Assembly: GCA_038322995.1 (NCBI GenBank)
Contig: JBBQGM010000007.1
Span: 9,391 to 73,390 of the forward strand
Direction of reading: 5' to 3'
DNA length: 64,000 bases
Source: Pyrinomonadales bacterium
GTDB taxonomy: Bacteria; Acidobacteriota; Blastocatellia; Pyrinomonadales; Pyrinomonadaceae
Every line of letters begins with the position of its first letter. The stretch's first letter is position 1. Under the pieces are notes generated by a model, which saw only the letters and a program-made list of their open reading frames with translations, made no database searches and was not told where the DNA came from. Both the position numbers and the translations under genes were made by a program. Below are positions 8,757 to 19,598 of this stretch, piece by piece.

Positions 8757-11700
8757 ATGCGCCGTAGCTGGCTCGTCCTGCTACTCTGTCTCGTAGTGTG
8801 TCTGGCCTGCGCCGTCCGCTTCGTCGCCGCTGACGACAACACAGTCCGCATCAACGAAGCCGCCACGCAAATTCTCTTCGGCGGCGCGCAGACGAACGTC
8901 ACGCTCGCGCTGGCGAACGACACAGGCCAGGCCATAGACGTGCAACTGCGGCTTGAACTGCTCGATCCGCACGATGCCGTGCGCGTCCGGGCCACGCGCG
9001 CGGCCCAACTCAAATCCGGCGCGAATCATGTGACGGTCGCATTCATGCCGGCGCTGCTGGCCACGCTCAACGACAGTGAGCGCAAGCTGATCATGTGGTA
9101 TCGCCTGCGCTATAGCATCACGGCCGACGCCGGCCCGGCCGCACCGCCGGTGCTGGCGGCCGGCGTCATCTCGCTTAATCAACTCGACACGCCCGACCTG
9201 TTCGAGCTACACGTCGCCGCGCCGCAGTTCACGCGCGAGGGGCAGACCATCCGCGCCCGCGCCCGCGCCACGCATCCGCTCACGGGCCGCGCCGCGCCCG
9301 GCGTCAAGGTCGCGGGCGCATTTACGTTCGACAGCCCCGATGGCGACGACGTGGTATTGAAAGCTGCGGGCACAACTGACGCGGACGGTTATGCCGCGCT
9401 CGACTTTGCGTTGCCGGCCACGATTGCCGACGATGAAGGCGAACTCAACATCACGGCGCGGCGCGGCGACTTTGAGCAAGCGGCCGAACAAGACATACAG
9501 TTCGATCATCACGCGCAAATCTTGATCAGCACCGACAAGCCGCTCTATCAACCGGGGCAGACCCTGCACATGCGCACGCTTATCTTCACCCCGACGAAGC
9601 ATGCGCTCGCCGCTGCTGAAGCCCTGCTGACCATCAGCGACCCGGAGAACACGACCGTCTTTCGCGCGCCGCTCAAAACATCGCGCTTCGGCGTCGCCAG
9701 CATCGACTGGCCCGTGCCGGAGAACACGCGCCTCGGCGACTATCGCCTCAACGTGAAGCTCGAAGAGGGCCGCTACGAAGATACCGAGAATGAAGCAACC
9801 ATCCGCATCAGTCGCTACGACCTGCCGAACTTCGCCGTCAGCGTCAAACCCGACCGACCTTATTACTTGCCGGGCCAAGTCACGGCAGCGGTCGCAGTGC
9901 GCGCCGATTATTTATTTGGCGAGCCGGTCACGCGCGGGCATGTGCGCGTCGTGCGCGAGACCGAGCGCAAGTGGAACTATCGCGAGCAGAAGTGGGACAT
10001 TGATGAAGACGATAAATATGAAGGCGAGACGGATGCCGCCGGTCGCTTCGTCGCGCACGTCAACCTGCAAGCGGCGCACGAAGATTTCGCGGCCGCAAAT
10101 TATTCGCGCTTCCGCGACCTCTCATACGCCGCTTACTTCACCGACCCGACCACCAACCGCACAGAGCAACGCCGCTTCGATCTGCGCCTGACGCACGACG
10201 CTATTCATGTCTATTTGATCGAAGGGCGGGCGCGGCCGGCCAAGGGGCTGCCCGTCGAGTTTTACGTCTCAACCTCTTACGCCGACGGCTTGCCCGCCGA
10301 GTGCGCCGTCACAATCAGCGGGCCGCTGCTGGAAGCCGAGCCACAAAGCATGCCCATACTTGCGCCGCATGCGCCCACGCTGATGGTTGTCCGCACGAAC
10401 AAGTACGGCGTAGCGAAAGTCGCGGGCCTCAGGCCGCCATGGCCTGAGGCCGAGGGGGCGGATAACATCACGCTGCAAGTTAGCGCCCGCGACGACAAAG
10501 GCCAGACGGGACGGCAGCGCGCCGAATTTTATTCCACCGTCGCGCCGGTTATCCGCGTCGCCACGCACAAGACGCTCTACCGGCCGGGCGAGCCAATCCA
10601 GGTCGAGATCACGGCCAACCGGCCGGAGTTGAAGTTAGTTATTGACGTGGCCCGTGACTTCAATTTGCTACGCTCCGAGTTCGTCCAACTGCACAACGGG
10701 CGCGCGACCTTGACGCTGCCCGCCACGCCTGAATTTCACGACGAGATCACTGTCGCGGCATACACGTTCGCTCGTATGGGCGCTGACGGCGATGATTACG
10801 CGGCCGGTTCGCGCACGGTGCTTTTCCCGCGCAACCACGATCTGCAACTCGATCTGCGGTTGAGCAAAGATACATATCAACCGGGCGCGACGGCGCACGC
10901 CGACCTGCGCGTGCGCGATGGCGCGGGGCACGCGGCCGAGAGCGCGCTGGGCATCGTCGTCTTCGACAAAGCAGTCGCGGAGCGCGCCCGCACCGATGGC
11001 GAGTTCGGCACAAACGGTTTCTATAATCTCTATCGCTACTGGCACGGTACGGACGCGCTCGCCGGCTTCACACGCGGCGATCTTAACCGCCTTGATCTCG
11101 CGCAACCATGGCCCGCCGGGCTTGATCTTGTCGCCGAGATAATGCTGCGCAACGAAGGGCTCACGCCGCAACTCGTCGGCGGTCTCGATCTCGCCGCGGA
11201 CGAAAGTTCGGTCTTCAATCAACTTATCGGCGCGCAACTCGCCGCGCTGCGGCAGATACTCCAGGGGCAATACGCCACCCAAATGCTCTATCCGGCCGAC
11301 GAGATGGCCATCCGCCGATTATTGTTTACGGCGGGTGTCAACTTCGATGCCTTGCGTGATCCGTGGGGCACGTCCTTCCGCCTCCGCTGCTCGGTGGCGC
11401 GCGAGAACGACGTGCTAGCAGTTGTCAGCGCAGGCGCGGACAAACGTTTCGACACGCCTGATGATTTTGTCGCCACGACGTTCACGCGCCCCTACTTCCG
11501 CTTCACCGGCGAAGAGCTGGATCGCGCCGTCGCCCGCTACCACGCGCGCACCGGCGCTTATGTCCGCGACGCCGCGACGCTCAAACGCGAATTGGCGCGT
11601 GAAGGCATAGACCTCGATATGCTGCGCGATCCGTGGGGACAGGCTTATCAGTTGCACTTTGACGTGGCCGGCACGAAATACCTCGTCGTCGTGGCGAGCA

Positions 11701-14700
11701 GCGGCCCCGATGGCAAGTTTGAGCCGGCCGACGATCCGCGCGCCGACGATTTCCGTCTCTGGACGGCGCAGATCGATTACAGCCCAGACCTGCGCGCCCA
11801 ACTCGACGACGCGCTCACACGCCACTTCGCGGCCACCGCACGCTTCCCGCAAGCTCGGGCGGAGTTCGACGCGGCCATGGCCCGCGCCGGTCTCACAGCG
11901 AACGCGCTGCACGATCCGTGGGGTCAGCCTTACTACGTCACGTTCCGGCAAAGCGCACGTTACGCTGACCGCGCCGTCGTCCTGACTTACGCGCAATATG
12001 GCCAGCAACCGAAAGAGCGCACGGAGATCACGCCCGTTACGCAGACCGTCAACTACATAGACCTACGCAGCGCCGGCCCTGACGGTAAGGAAGGCACGGC
12101 GGACGATTTCGAGGTGACGACCATCTTCCGCATCAGCACCGAGCAAATGGCGCAGAACAAAATGCCCAAGCTCGCCGCCACCGCCGTGCAACTCACTAAC
12201 GGCAGCGGCGCGCTCAGCGGCACGATCACCGATCCGAACGGCGCGGTCATTCCCGGCGCACACGTAGAAGCGACGAACAAGTACAGCGGCCAAGTCTTCA
12301 ACGCAACGGGCAGCGACGACGGCACATATCTTGTGCGGGAGCTGCCGGCCGGTCTCTACTCAGTCGCCGTTTTAGCGCCGGGTTTTAAGAATATGATCAT
12401 TACGGAAGTGCCGGTGGGGCTATCGAACCTCACCCAACTCAACGTCATGCTCGCAGTCGGCTCGGTAAGCGAAATGGTCGAAGTGAGCGGAGGCAGCGCG
12501 GAGCTAATGCAGACGATGACATCGCAGTCGTCAGTGACGCGCCAGATCGTGGACTTGCCCATCAGTGGTCGGAAGTTACAGGACTTCGCGCTCTTGAGTC
12601 CGGGCATAACTGTTGTGACCAAGTCCGGCGCGACGGCAACGCCGCGCCTGCGCGAATATTTCCCGGAGACGCTCGTCTGGCAACCGGCGCTTGAAACTGA
12701 TCGCCAGGGCCGCGCCCAACTCGATTTCAAACTGGCCGACAACATCACGACGTGGCAGTTATCAGTCTTCGGCTCAACCGCCGATGGCGAGATCGGCGCG
12801 GTCGAGCGCGAGGTGCGCGCCTTCCAGCCGTTCTTCGTCGAGCATGATCCGCCACGCATCCTAACCGTGGGCGACGAGATCATGCTGCCCGTCGTGCTGC
12901 GCAACTATCTCGCGCACGCGCAGCAGGTCGCCGTGCAGATGCAGCCCGCCGCTTGGTTCACGCTGCTCACGCCGGCCGAGCAACGCGCGCAAGTCCCTGC
13001 GGGCGATGCCACGCGCACGTTGTTCGGCTTCCGCACCATCGCGGCCGTGCATGACGGCAAGCAGCGCGTGACCGCCATCGGCGCGGACGCGAGCGACGCG
13101 ATTGAGCGGCCGGTCAACGTCCACCCGGACGGCCAAGAGGTCGCGCAAACGAGCGCGCAACTGCTGGGCGCAGAGGGCATGCTCGCGGCGGACTTGCCCG
13201 CAAACGCTATCCCGCGCTCAGCCCACGCCGAATTAAAACTCTATCCGAATCTGATGACGCACGTGATCGAGAGCGTCGAAGCGCTCCTCGTGCGCCCGCA
13301 CGGTTGCGCCGAGCAGACGATCTCTGCAACGTATCCGAGTCTGCTCGTCCTGCGTTATTACAAACACGCGCAAGGCAACGACGCACGCCGGCCGCCCATC
13401 GCTGCCAAAGCGGAAAAATATCTGCGCGCGGGTTACGACCGGCTGCTCTCTTACCGCGCGCCCGATGGCGGCTTCTCTTACTGGGGGCGGGGCGACGCCG
13501 ACATCGCGCTCACCGCCTACGCCGTCCGCTTTCTGGAAGACGCGCGCGCGTTGCTGCCCATTGACGAAGCTGCGTTGCAAGCGGCGCGCACGTGGCTCGT
13601 CAAGCAACAACAACAGGACGGCAGTTGGCCTGCTTATGACTGGGATAAGAAAGGCTCCGGCCCGCGCACGCTCTTGCTCACGGCTTACGTCGCCCGCGTG
13701 CTGGCGCGACACGAAGCCGCAGGCCCGAACAACGACAAAGATAAAGCACCGGCCCAAGCAACTGCGGCGGCGCAAACCACCTCGCCCGTGCCAACGGCCA
13801 CGCCACCGACGGCCACCGGCACAGACCCCGCGCGCATCTCGCAACCGCCCGCGTTGCAACGCGCGCTCGACTTTCTCGCGCCGCATATCGACGAGATTGA
13901 CGAGCCTTACTTCATCGCGGCTTACACCATCGCCGCCGTCGATGCCAACGCACCGCCTGCCACTATCAATAAAGCCACTACGCGTCTGCGTGCGCTCGCC
14001 AAAGAGGAAGCGGGCGGCGCTTACTGGGCGCTCGAAACCAACACGCCCTTCTACGGTTGGGGCCTCGCCGGGCGCATAGAGACGACTGCGCTCGTCGTGC
14101 AGGCGCTCGATAAAGCGCACGCCGATCCTGCGCTAACGGCGCGCGGCGTAAGTTTCTTGCTGCGCAACAAGGATCGTTACGGCGTCTGGCTCTCGACGCA
14201 GGCGACCGTCAACGTGCTCGATGCGCTCGTCGCGCTCTCCCCCGCACGCGGCGCGGGTTCGGCCAACGCAAATGCTGCCGGGCCTGCGTCGCGTGTCGCC
14301 AACGAACCGGCCGAAGTCTTCGTTAATAACCAACGCGCGGGCACGCTGCTCTTGCCCACGGATGCGCGCCTTGATGCGCCGCTCACGCTCGACCTCACAC
14401 GCTTCCTCGCGCCGGGGCCGAACCGGATCGAGATCAAACGCGCAAGCACGAGCAAAGCATTCGCGCAGGTGGTGACGACTTACTACGTGCCGTGGGCGCA
14501 GGCGACGACTGAAGCAACGCATCACGCTGCGCCATCAGCCGCGAACACGCTGCGGCTAGCGGTCAACTTCGACAAGGTTAAAGCGCCGACGGGCGCAGCG
14601 GTCGCGTGTCACGTCGCAGCCGAGCGCATCGGCTTTCACGGTTACGGGATGTTGCTCGCGGAGATCGGGCTGCCGCCGGGCGCGGACGTGGATCGCGCCT

Positions 14701-14945
14701 CGCTTGAGCGCGCGATGCAAGAGTCGGGCTGGGCCTTGAGTAGCTACGACGTGCTGCCGGATCGCCTCGTCGTCTATCTCTGGCCGCACGCGGGCGGCAC
14801 GCAGTTCACGTTCACCTTCCGCCCGCGCTACGGCCTCAGCGCACAGACCGCGCCATCCGTGCTGTATGACTACTACAATCCGGAGGCGCGCACCGTCCTT
14901 GCGCCGACGAAATTCAACGTCGACGCGCGCGCGCGGGCTGAGTAA
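8757..14945 (+). CDS. bacterial alpha-2-macroglobulin family protein with embedded CarboxypepD_reg-like domain
   Basis: Start moved to ATG 8757 (GGAGG 7 nt upstream; signal peptide MRRSWLVLLLCLVVCLACA). Thioester motif GCAEQT. Terpenoid-cyclase-like repeats (YRAPDGGFSYWG, QQQDGSWP). Central GTITDPNGAVIPGAHVEATN...YSVAVLAPGF is carboxypeptidase-regulatory-like. Confidence 0.85.
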   Translation: MRRSWLVLLLCLVVCLACAVRFVAADDNTVRINEAATQILFGGAQTNVTLALANDTGQAIDVQLRLELLDPHDAVRVRATRAAQLKSGANHVTVAFMPALLATLNDSERKLIMWYRLRYSITADAGPAAPPVLAAGVISLNQLDTPDLFELHVAAPQFTREGQTIRARARATHPLTGRAAPGVKVAGAFTFDSPDGDDVVLKAAGTTDADGYAALDFALPATIADDEGELNITARRGDFEQAAEQDIQFDHHAQILISTDKPLYQPGQTLHMRTLIFTPTKHALAAAEALLTISDPENTTVFRAPLKTSRFGVASIDWPVPENTRLGDYRLNVKLEEGRYEDTENEATIRISRYDLPNFAVSVKPDRPYYLPGQVTAAVAVRADYLFGEPVTRGHVRVVRETERKWNYREQKWDIDEDDKYEGETDAAGRFVAHVNLQAAHEDFAAANYSRFRDLSYAAYFTDPTTNRTEQRRFDLRLTHDAIHVYLIEGRARPAKGLPVEFYVSTSYADGLPAECAVTISGPLLEAEPQSMPILAPHAPTLMVVRTNKYGVAKVAGLRPPWPEAEGADNITLQVSARDDKGQTGRQRAEFYSTVAPVIRVATHKTLYRPGEPIQVEITANRPELKLVIDVARDFNLLRSEFVQLHNGRATLTLPATPEFHDEITVAAYTFARMGADGDDYAAGSRTVLFPRNHDLQLDLRLSKDTYQPGATAHADLRVRDGAGHAAESALGIVVFDKAVAERARTDGEFGTNGFYNLYRYWHGTDALAGFTRGDLNRLDLAQPWPAGLDLVAEIMLRNEGLTPQLVGGLDLAADESSVFNQLIGAQLAALRQILQGQYATQMLYPADEMAIRRLLFTAGVNFDALRDPWGTSFRLRCSVARENDVLAVVSAGADKRFDTPDDFVATTFTRPYFRFTGEELDRAVARYHARTGAYVRDAATLKRELAREGIDLDMLRDPWGQAYQLHFDVAGTKYLVVVASSGPDGKFEPADDPRADDFRLWTAQIDYSPDLRAQLDDALTRHFAATARFPQARAEFDAAMARAGLTANALHDPWGQPYYVTFRQSARYADRAVVLTYAQYGQQPKERTEITPVTQTVNYIDLRSAGPDGKEGTADDFEVTTIFRISTEQMAQNKMPKLAATAVQLTNGSGALSGTITDPNGAVIPGAHVEATNKYSGQVFNATGSDDGTYLVRELPAGLYSVAVLAPGFKNMIITEVPVGLSNLTQLNVMLAVGSVSEMVEVSGGSAELMQTMTSQSSVTRQIVDLPISGRKLQDFALLSPGITVVTKSGATATPRLREYFPETLVWQPALETDRQGRAQLDFKLADNITTWQLSVFGSTADGEIGAVEREVRAFQPFFVEHDPPRILTVGDEIMLPVVLRNYLAHAQQVAVQMQPAAWFTLLTPAEQRAQVPAGDATRTLFGFRTIAAVHDGKQRVTAIGADASDAIERPVNVHPDGQEVAQTSAQLLGAEGMLAADLPANAIPRSAHAELKLYPNLMTHVIESVEALLVRPHGCAEQTISATYPSLLVLRYYKHAQGNDARRPPIAAKAEKYLRAGYDRLLSYRAPDGGFSYWGRGDADIALTAYAVRFLEDARALLPIDEAALQAARTWLVKQQQQDGSWPAYDWDKKGSGPRTLLLTAYVARVLARHEAAGPNNDKDKAPAQATAAAQTTSPVPTATPPTATGTDPARISQPPALQRALDFLAPHIDEIDEPYFIAAYTIAAVDANAPPATINKATTRLRALAKEEAGGAYWALETNTPFYGWGLAGRIETTALVVQALDKAHADPALTARGVSFLLRNKDRYGVWLSTQATVNVLDALVALSPARGAGSANANAAGPASRVANEPAEVFVNNQRAGTLLLPTDARLDAPLTLDLTRFLAPGPNRIEIKRASTSKAFAQVVTTYYVPWAQATTEATHHAAPSAANTLRLAVNFDKVKAPTGAAVACHVAAERIGFHGYGMLLAEIGLPPGADVDRASLERAMQESGWALSSYDVLPDRLVVYLWPHAGGTQFTFTFRPRYGLSAQTAPSVLYDYYNPEARTVLAPTKFNVDARARAE

Positions 14946-15067
14946 ACGCGAGTAATAAGCTGGTGCGCTTTAAGTTGCCACGCAGCATCCGTTTCAAGCT
15001 CATCAACCCGATTGGCTCAGACTGATTAACGCTGCTAAGCTAACGCCAACTCGAAAGGAGGTGCTGC

Positions 15068-16096
15068 ATGCGTTTGACCGAGATGGTCGCCTGCGCGGGT
15101 TGAGCGGCGAAACTCGCGCCGAGCGATCTCGCCCACGTGCTGGGCGGCTTGAACATTCCAAAGTCTCCCAATTTGCTCGTCGGTATCGAGACGGCGGACG
15201 ACGCCGGGGTGTATCTGCTGCGCGACGACCTCGCGCTCGTGCAGACCGTGGACTTCTTCACGCCCATCGTGGACGACCCTTACGACTACGGTCGCATCGC
15301 TGCGCTCAACTCGATCAATGACGTGTGGGCCATGGGCGGCACGCCCATCACCGCACTCGCTATCACCTGCTTCCCGAAGAAAGGTCTCGACTTCTCGATC
15401 CTCGGCGACATCATGCGCGGCGGCTTGGACGTGTTGACCGAGCACGGCGTTGCGCTCCTCGGCGGGCACAGCGTGGACGATCAGCAGATTATGTTCGGCT
15501 ACGCCGTGACCGGCACGATCCACCCGCAACGGATCATCACCAATCGCGCCGCGCAAGTTGGCGACGTAATCATTTTGACGAAACCGATTGGCACCGGCGT
15601 CATCTCGACTGGCATCAAATTCGGCAAGGCCAGTGCGGATGTGATGCGCGCATCGCTCGCCACGATGTTGCTGGCCGGGCGCGCGGCGGCGGCGGCGATG
15701 CAGGAGTTCGGCGCGCATGCCGCGACCGACGTGACCGGCTTCGCGCTGCTCGGTCACGCATGGGAATTGGCGCGGGCCAGCAACGTCACGCTTGAGCTTG
15801 AGGCGGCGCGCGTGCCGCTCATCAGGGGCGCGTTGGAGTTGGCCGCGCAAGGCTTGTTGACGAGCGGCGACAAGACGAACCGGCGCTACGTCGGCGACGA
15901 TGTGCGCCTAAGCGAAACGGTCAGCCAACCGCTCGCCGCGCTGCTCTTCGATCCGCAGACGGCCGGCGGACTGTTGATCGCCATCGCGCCGGAGCGCGCC
16001 GCTGCATTGCTCGCGCGGTTGCACGAACGCTACCCGGAGGCAGCCGTCATCGGTCGCGCCAGCGCGCGCGGAACACAGTCTATTGTCGTGCAATAA
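15068..16096 (+). CDS. selD: selenide, water dikinase (selenophosphate synthetase), selenocysteine-containing (TGA at 15101-15103 read as Sec)
   Basis: The track ORF from GTG 15137 is unmistakably SelD ([49 protein letters not shown]). In the same frame, ATG 15068 (RBS AAAGGAGG) gives [27 protein letters not shown], the conserved SelD N-terminal loop with Sec/Cys at exactly that position. Confidence 0.85.
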
Positions 16097-16151
16097 CTGA
16101 CAGAGTTGACAACCGCAGCAAACGTAGACACGAACTAAAGGGAAAACTATC

Positions 16152-16895
16152 GTGCCCCGATTCAATTCAACATTACTCTTCAGATGCTTGTTCAGCGCGT
16201 TCGTCGCGCTCGGCTTGCTCGGCGGCGCGTTCGCGCTACAACACACAAAGCGCCAGGCGGCGACACCCGCGCCACATACGGCCGCGCCGCAAAGCACGCC
16301 GGCCGACACAGACAAACTTGACCGGCCCGTCAGCGAGCCTTACACGGGCGATCTATCGATTTTTGAAGACGCGCAACGCGCGGAGAAGTTGCAGATCGAG
16401 CGCGTGATGGACTTGTTGCAACTCAAGGAGGGCGCGAGCGTCGCGGACATTGGCGCAGGTTCGGGTTGGTTCACCGTGCGCGCGGCCCGGCGCGTGGGCG
16501 ATAAGGGCGCGGTCTATGCCGTGGAGATCAATCAAGACTATCTGAAGCACATCACCGACCGCGCCGCACAGGAGAAGTTGGCGAACATACACACTGTGCT
16601 TGGCCACGAGGACGATCCGTTGCTGCCCGCCGCGAGCGTTGACGCTGTGTTGCTCTTAAAAACTTATCACGAGATCGCGCAGCCCGTCCGCCTGTTGCGC
16701 AATCTGCGCTCGGCGCTACGCGCGGGCGCGCTCATCGGCATCATTGATCGTAACGGCAAAGGCGATGATCACGGACTCAACGCCGCAGTGGTGATTAAAG
16801 AGGCCGAGCGGGCAGGTTATGCCCGTGTCGCGCAGTATGACTTCGTCAAGCCGGACGGAATGGACTACTTTCTCATCTTCCGCGTGCGCACTTGA
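16152..16895 (+). CDS. class I SAM-dependent methyltransferase with N-terminal signal/TM segment
   Basis: 247 aa with motif I VADIGAGSGWFT and post-I AVEIN. Confidence 0.65.
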   Translation: MPRFNSTLLFRCLFSAFVALGLLGGAFALQHTKRQAATPAPHTAAPQSTPADTDKLDRPVSEPYTGDLSIFEDAQRAEKLQIERVMDLLQLKEGASVADIGAGSGWFTVRAARRVGDKGAVYAVEINQDYLKHITDRAAQEKLANIHTVLGHEDDPLLPAASVDAVLLLKTYHEIAQPVRLLRNLRSALRAGALIGIIDRNGKGDDHGLNAAVVIKEAERAGYARVAQYDFVKPDGMDYFLIFRVRT

Positions 16896-16995
16896 TCAGG
16901 TGGAGCGACACGGTTTGTCCCTGGCCGCTTCAGCGCCTGCTGGCCCGGACAGGGACAAGTCATGGCACTACAGTCCTAAAGATATTGCCGCGCGT

Positions 16996-17211
16996 TTATA
17001 GCCCCGCGTCTTCCTTCTTTTTCGCCCACATAGATGCTATCTGGTGCGCTTCTGCCAGTGTCAGGTTGTCATAGACATCGGCGTCGTCCTGCACTTCACC
17101 GTCCTCCAACTCGCACACCTGCCAGTCGGACGCATTCGGATCAGTGCCGGCGCGCCCCGGCGACACACGCACCTCCCACGTCAGATTCACCTCGCGCTCT
17201 TGCTCAGCCAT
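16996..17211 (-). CDS. small acidic hypothetical protein
   Basis: 71-aa ORF in an interval with no competing gene. No recognisable motif. Confidence 0.3.
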   Translation of the reverse strand: MAEQEREVNLTWEVRVSPGRAGTDPNASDWQVCELEDGEVQDDADVYDNLTLAEAHQIASMWAKKKEDAGL

Positions 17212-17573
17212 TAAAATAAATTCCTTTCATCCGCCTAAAATGAAATCACCCATAGCCAGCCCGCTGTGCGCAGCCGCGCAACATAACTAACATTGCCGCT
17301 TGCCCGCGTGCAACCCGCACGGTGCGCGCTTGCAGCAGCATCCGCTTGCAGGCAGTTCCACCGGCCAGCGGCGCGGGCGCTTGCAGCGAAAATTGCGGGG
17401 GTATAGTTACGACCGGGACGCTGTGCGTGCGTCGGTTCGGCCTATTTTCCGCCCGCGCGCGGGCATACGTTTCCGCCCTGCGGGACATCAAAACGCGTGT
17501 CCGATGTGGCCGAGTACGTGCATTTGACAGTCATTGAAAGGGTGCGTTAACGTGGACGGCGATTCAAGCATGC

Positions 17574-17649
<76 letters not shown>

Positions 17650-17741
17650 ACCATTATGCCGCGCCGCCGCTCGCCGGCTTAAGAGATCGTAAGAGAGAGG
17701 CCGCCGCGCTCAGGCAGTTCGTTGCAGCGCTGTCGGCCTCT

Positions 17742-19529
17742 ATGTTTTTTTTTCGACTGGTAGGAAAGCACATCATGATTAACCGCGCGGTTTGTTTAAT
17801 TGTCACCATCCTGGCCCTCTCGGGTTTCATCGTGTCCCCACCGCAGGCTGCGGCGCAGACGGCGCGCAGCAACGATGTCGTCATCATCATGCCGTTTGAG
17901 AATCAGTCGAACCGGGCCGAGTTCAACTGGATCGGCGCTAGTTTCGCGGATGCGCTGACCGAGTTATTGAATGTGCCCGGTCTGGCCGTGGTCTCGACGG
18001 ACGAGCGCGAGTTGACTTACCAACGGCTGCGCTTGCCGCTCGTCTCCGTGCCCTCGCGCGCGACCGCGATCAAGATTGCGCAGGAGGCGAAAGCCACGCT
18101 CGTCTTGTTCGGTACGTATGATGTAACGCCGAAACAGGATGAGAAATCGCTGCCGGAGATACACGGCACGGTGCGCGTTGTGCGCGTCAACGAAGGCCGG
18201 CTCGCCGGCGACGTGATGCCCGACGGGCGCTGGGCCTGGCGACCTTATGACTTTGGCGGCCCGCTCGCCAATTTGCAAAAGATGGAAGGCACGCTGGCCT
18301 ATCAGGTGCTTTATCAACGAGACAAAGCCTTGCCCTATTCGCTCAACAAAATTTTAGAGCAAGCGACCAAAGTGCCGCCCCGCGCGCTGGAAAGTCTGGC
18401 CAAGGGCATCATGACCGAAGACCGCGAGAAGCGTTCCAACTATTTGCAGAACGCACTGAAGGAGTATGAGCGGGTGAACGCGGGCGGGGTCTATCCGGCG
18501 GCGGCGTTCGAGTTGGGCAATCTATATTTTCATCAGGAAGATTGGAAGAAGGCGGCGGAGTTTTACACGAAGCTGCAAAAGAAAGACCCGCACTACGCCG
18601 AGGCGAGTTTCTATGCCGCGCTCGCCTACTGGCGCATGCACGATCTGCCTAACGCGCTCGGACTGCTCGCGCCGCTCACGGCCGACGTGCCGCTCACGGG
18701 TATCTATAACAACGCGGGCGCGCTCTCGGCGCAAGCGGCCCGCGCCGAGAAAGCCCCGGCCGAGCGCGAGCGTTTGTTGAAGGATGCGCTCACGTTTCTT
18801 GCGCGGGCCCGCGACACCGCGCCCGACGATCCGGCCGTGCGTTACAACTACGCCTACACGCTTTTCCTCGCCGGCAAGTATGCGGAGGCGGTGGAACAAC
18901 TGCGCGCCATGCTCACACTAAAACCGCGCGATGGCGAAGCGTTGTTCGTGTTCGCCAAAGCACTTGAGCGCGCCGGCCAGACCGAGCCGGCCACGAACGC
19001 AGACAATGAAGCGCGCCGTTATCTCGCCAATTATGCGAAGGCGCAGACCCAGTGGCAGAAGACGCAGACGCTCGCGGAGGTGCCGCTTCGGCTGAACGAA
19101 AAGTTTGATCGCCCCGACTACATCGCGGTGGTGACGCCACCGGCCGGCAGCGACGCGCCGGCCGATACGACCGCGCAGGATTTGCTCGCCAAAGCCAAGG
19201 AGCTATATCAGGCGGGCAACGACGACGATTCATTGTCCGAACTCAATCGCACGCTTATGGTCGAGCCGATGAACGCCGACGCGCATCTGATGATCGGGCG
19301 CATCTATCAGCGGCGCGGCGACCTACAGCGTTCGGTCAGTTCACTCAAGACTGCGCTCTTCTGGTCAGACCAGAAACTCATCGACGCGCATATTCTCTTG
19401 GGCCGCATCTTCCTTGAGAAGGGCGACCGCGCGCAGGCGCTGACCCACGCGCGCGCCGCCATCCAACTCGACCCCAACAACCAGGAAGCCATCGCCCTGC
19501 AACGGCAGATCGAGATGGGCACGAAGTAA
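17742..19529 (+). CDS. TPR-repeat protein with signal peptide
   Basis: 595 aa with multiple TPR-like repeats (AAFELGNLYFHQEDWKKAAEFYTKLQKKDP; HLMIGRIYQRRGDLQRSVSSLKTAL...). The true start is possibly ATG 17775 (MINRAVCLIVTILALSG). Confidence 0.7.
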   Translation: MFFFRLVGKHIMINRAVCLIVTILALSGFIVSPPQAAAQTARSNDVVIIMPFENQSNRAEFNWIGASFADALTELLNVPGLAVVSTDERELTYQRLRLPLVSVPSRATAIKIAQEAKATLVLFGTYDVTPKQDEKSLPEIHGTVRVVRVNEGRLAGDVMPDGRWAWRPYDFGGPLANLQKMEGTLAYQVLYQRDKALPYSLNKILEQATKVPPRALESLAKGIMTEDREKRSNYLQNALKEYERVNAGGVYPAAAFELGNLYFHQEDWKKAAEFYTKLQKKDPHYAEASFYAALAYWRMHDLPNALGLLAPLTADVPLTGIYNNAGALSAQAARAEKAPAERERLLKDALTFLARARDTAPDDPAVRYNYAYTLFLAGKYAEAVEQLRAMLTLKPRDGEALFVFAKALERAGQTEPATNADNEARRYLANYAKAQTQWQKTQTLAEVPLRLNEKFDRPDYIAVVTPPAGSDAPADTTAQDLLAKAKELYQAGNDDDSLSELNRTLMVEPMNADAHLMIGRIYQRRGDLQRSVSSLKTALFWSDQKLIDAHILLGRIFLEKGDRAQALTHARAAIQLDPNNQEAIALQRQIEMGTK

Positions 19530-19598
19530 GTAGGACTACGGGGTTGAAGTAATGACTCATTGCTTCAATCCTGTTCCTCCTTCGCCCTGGCATATGTT

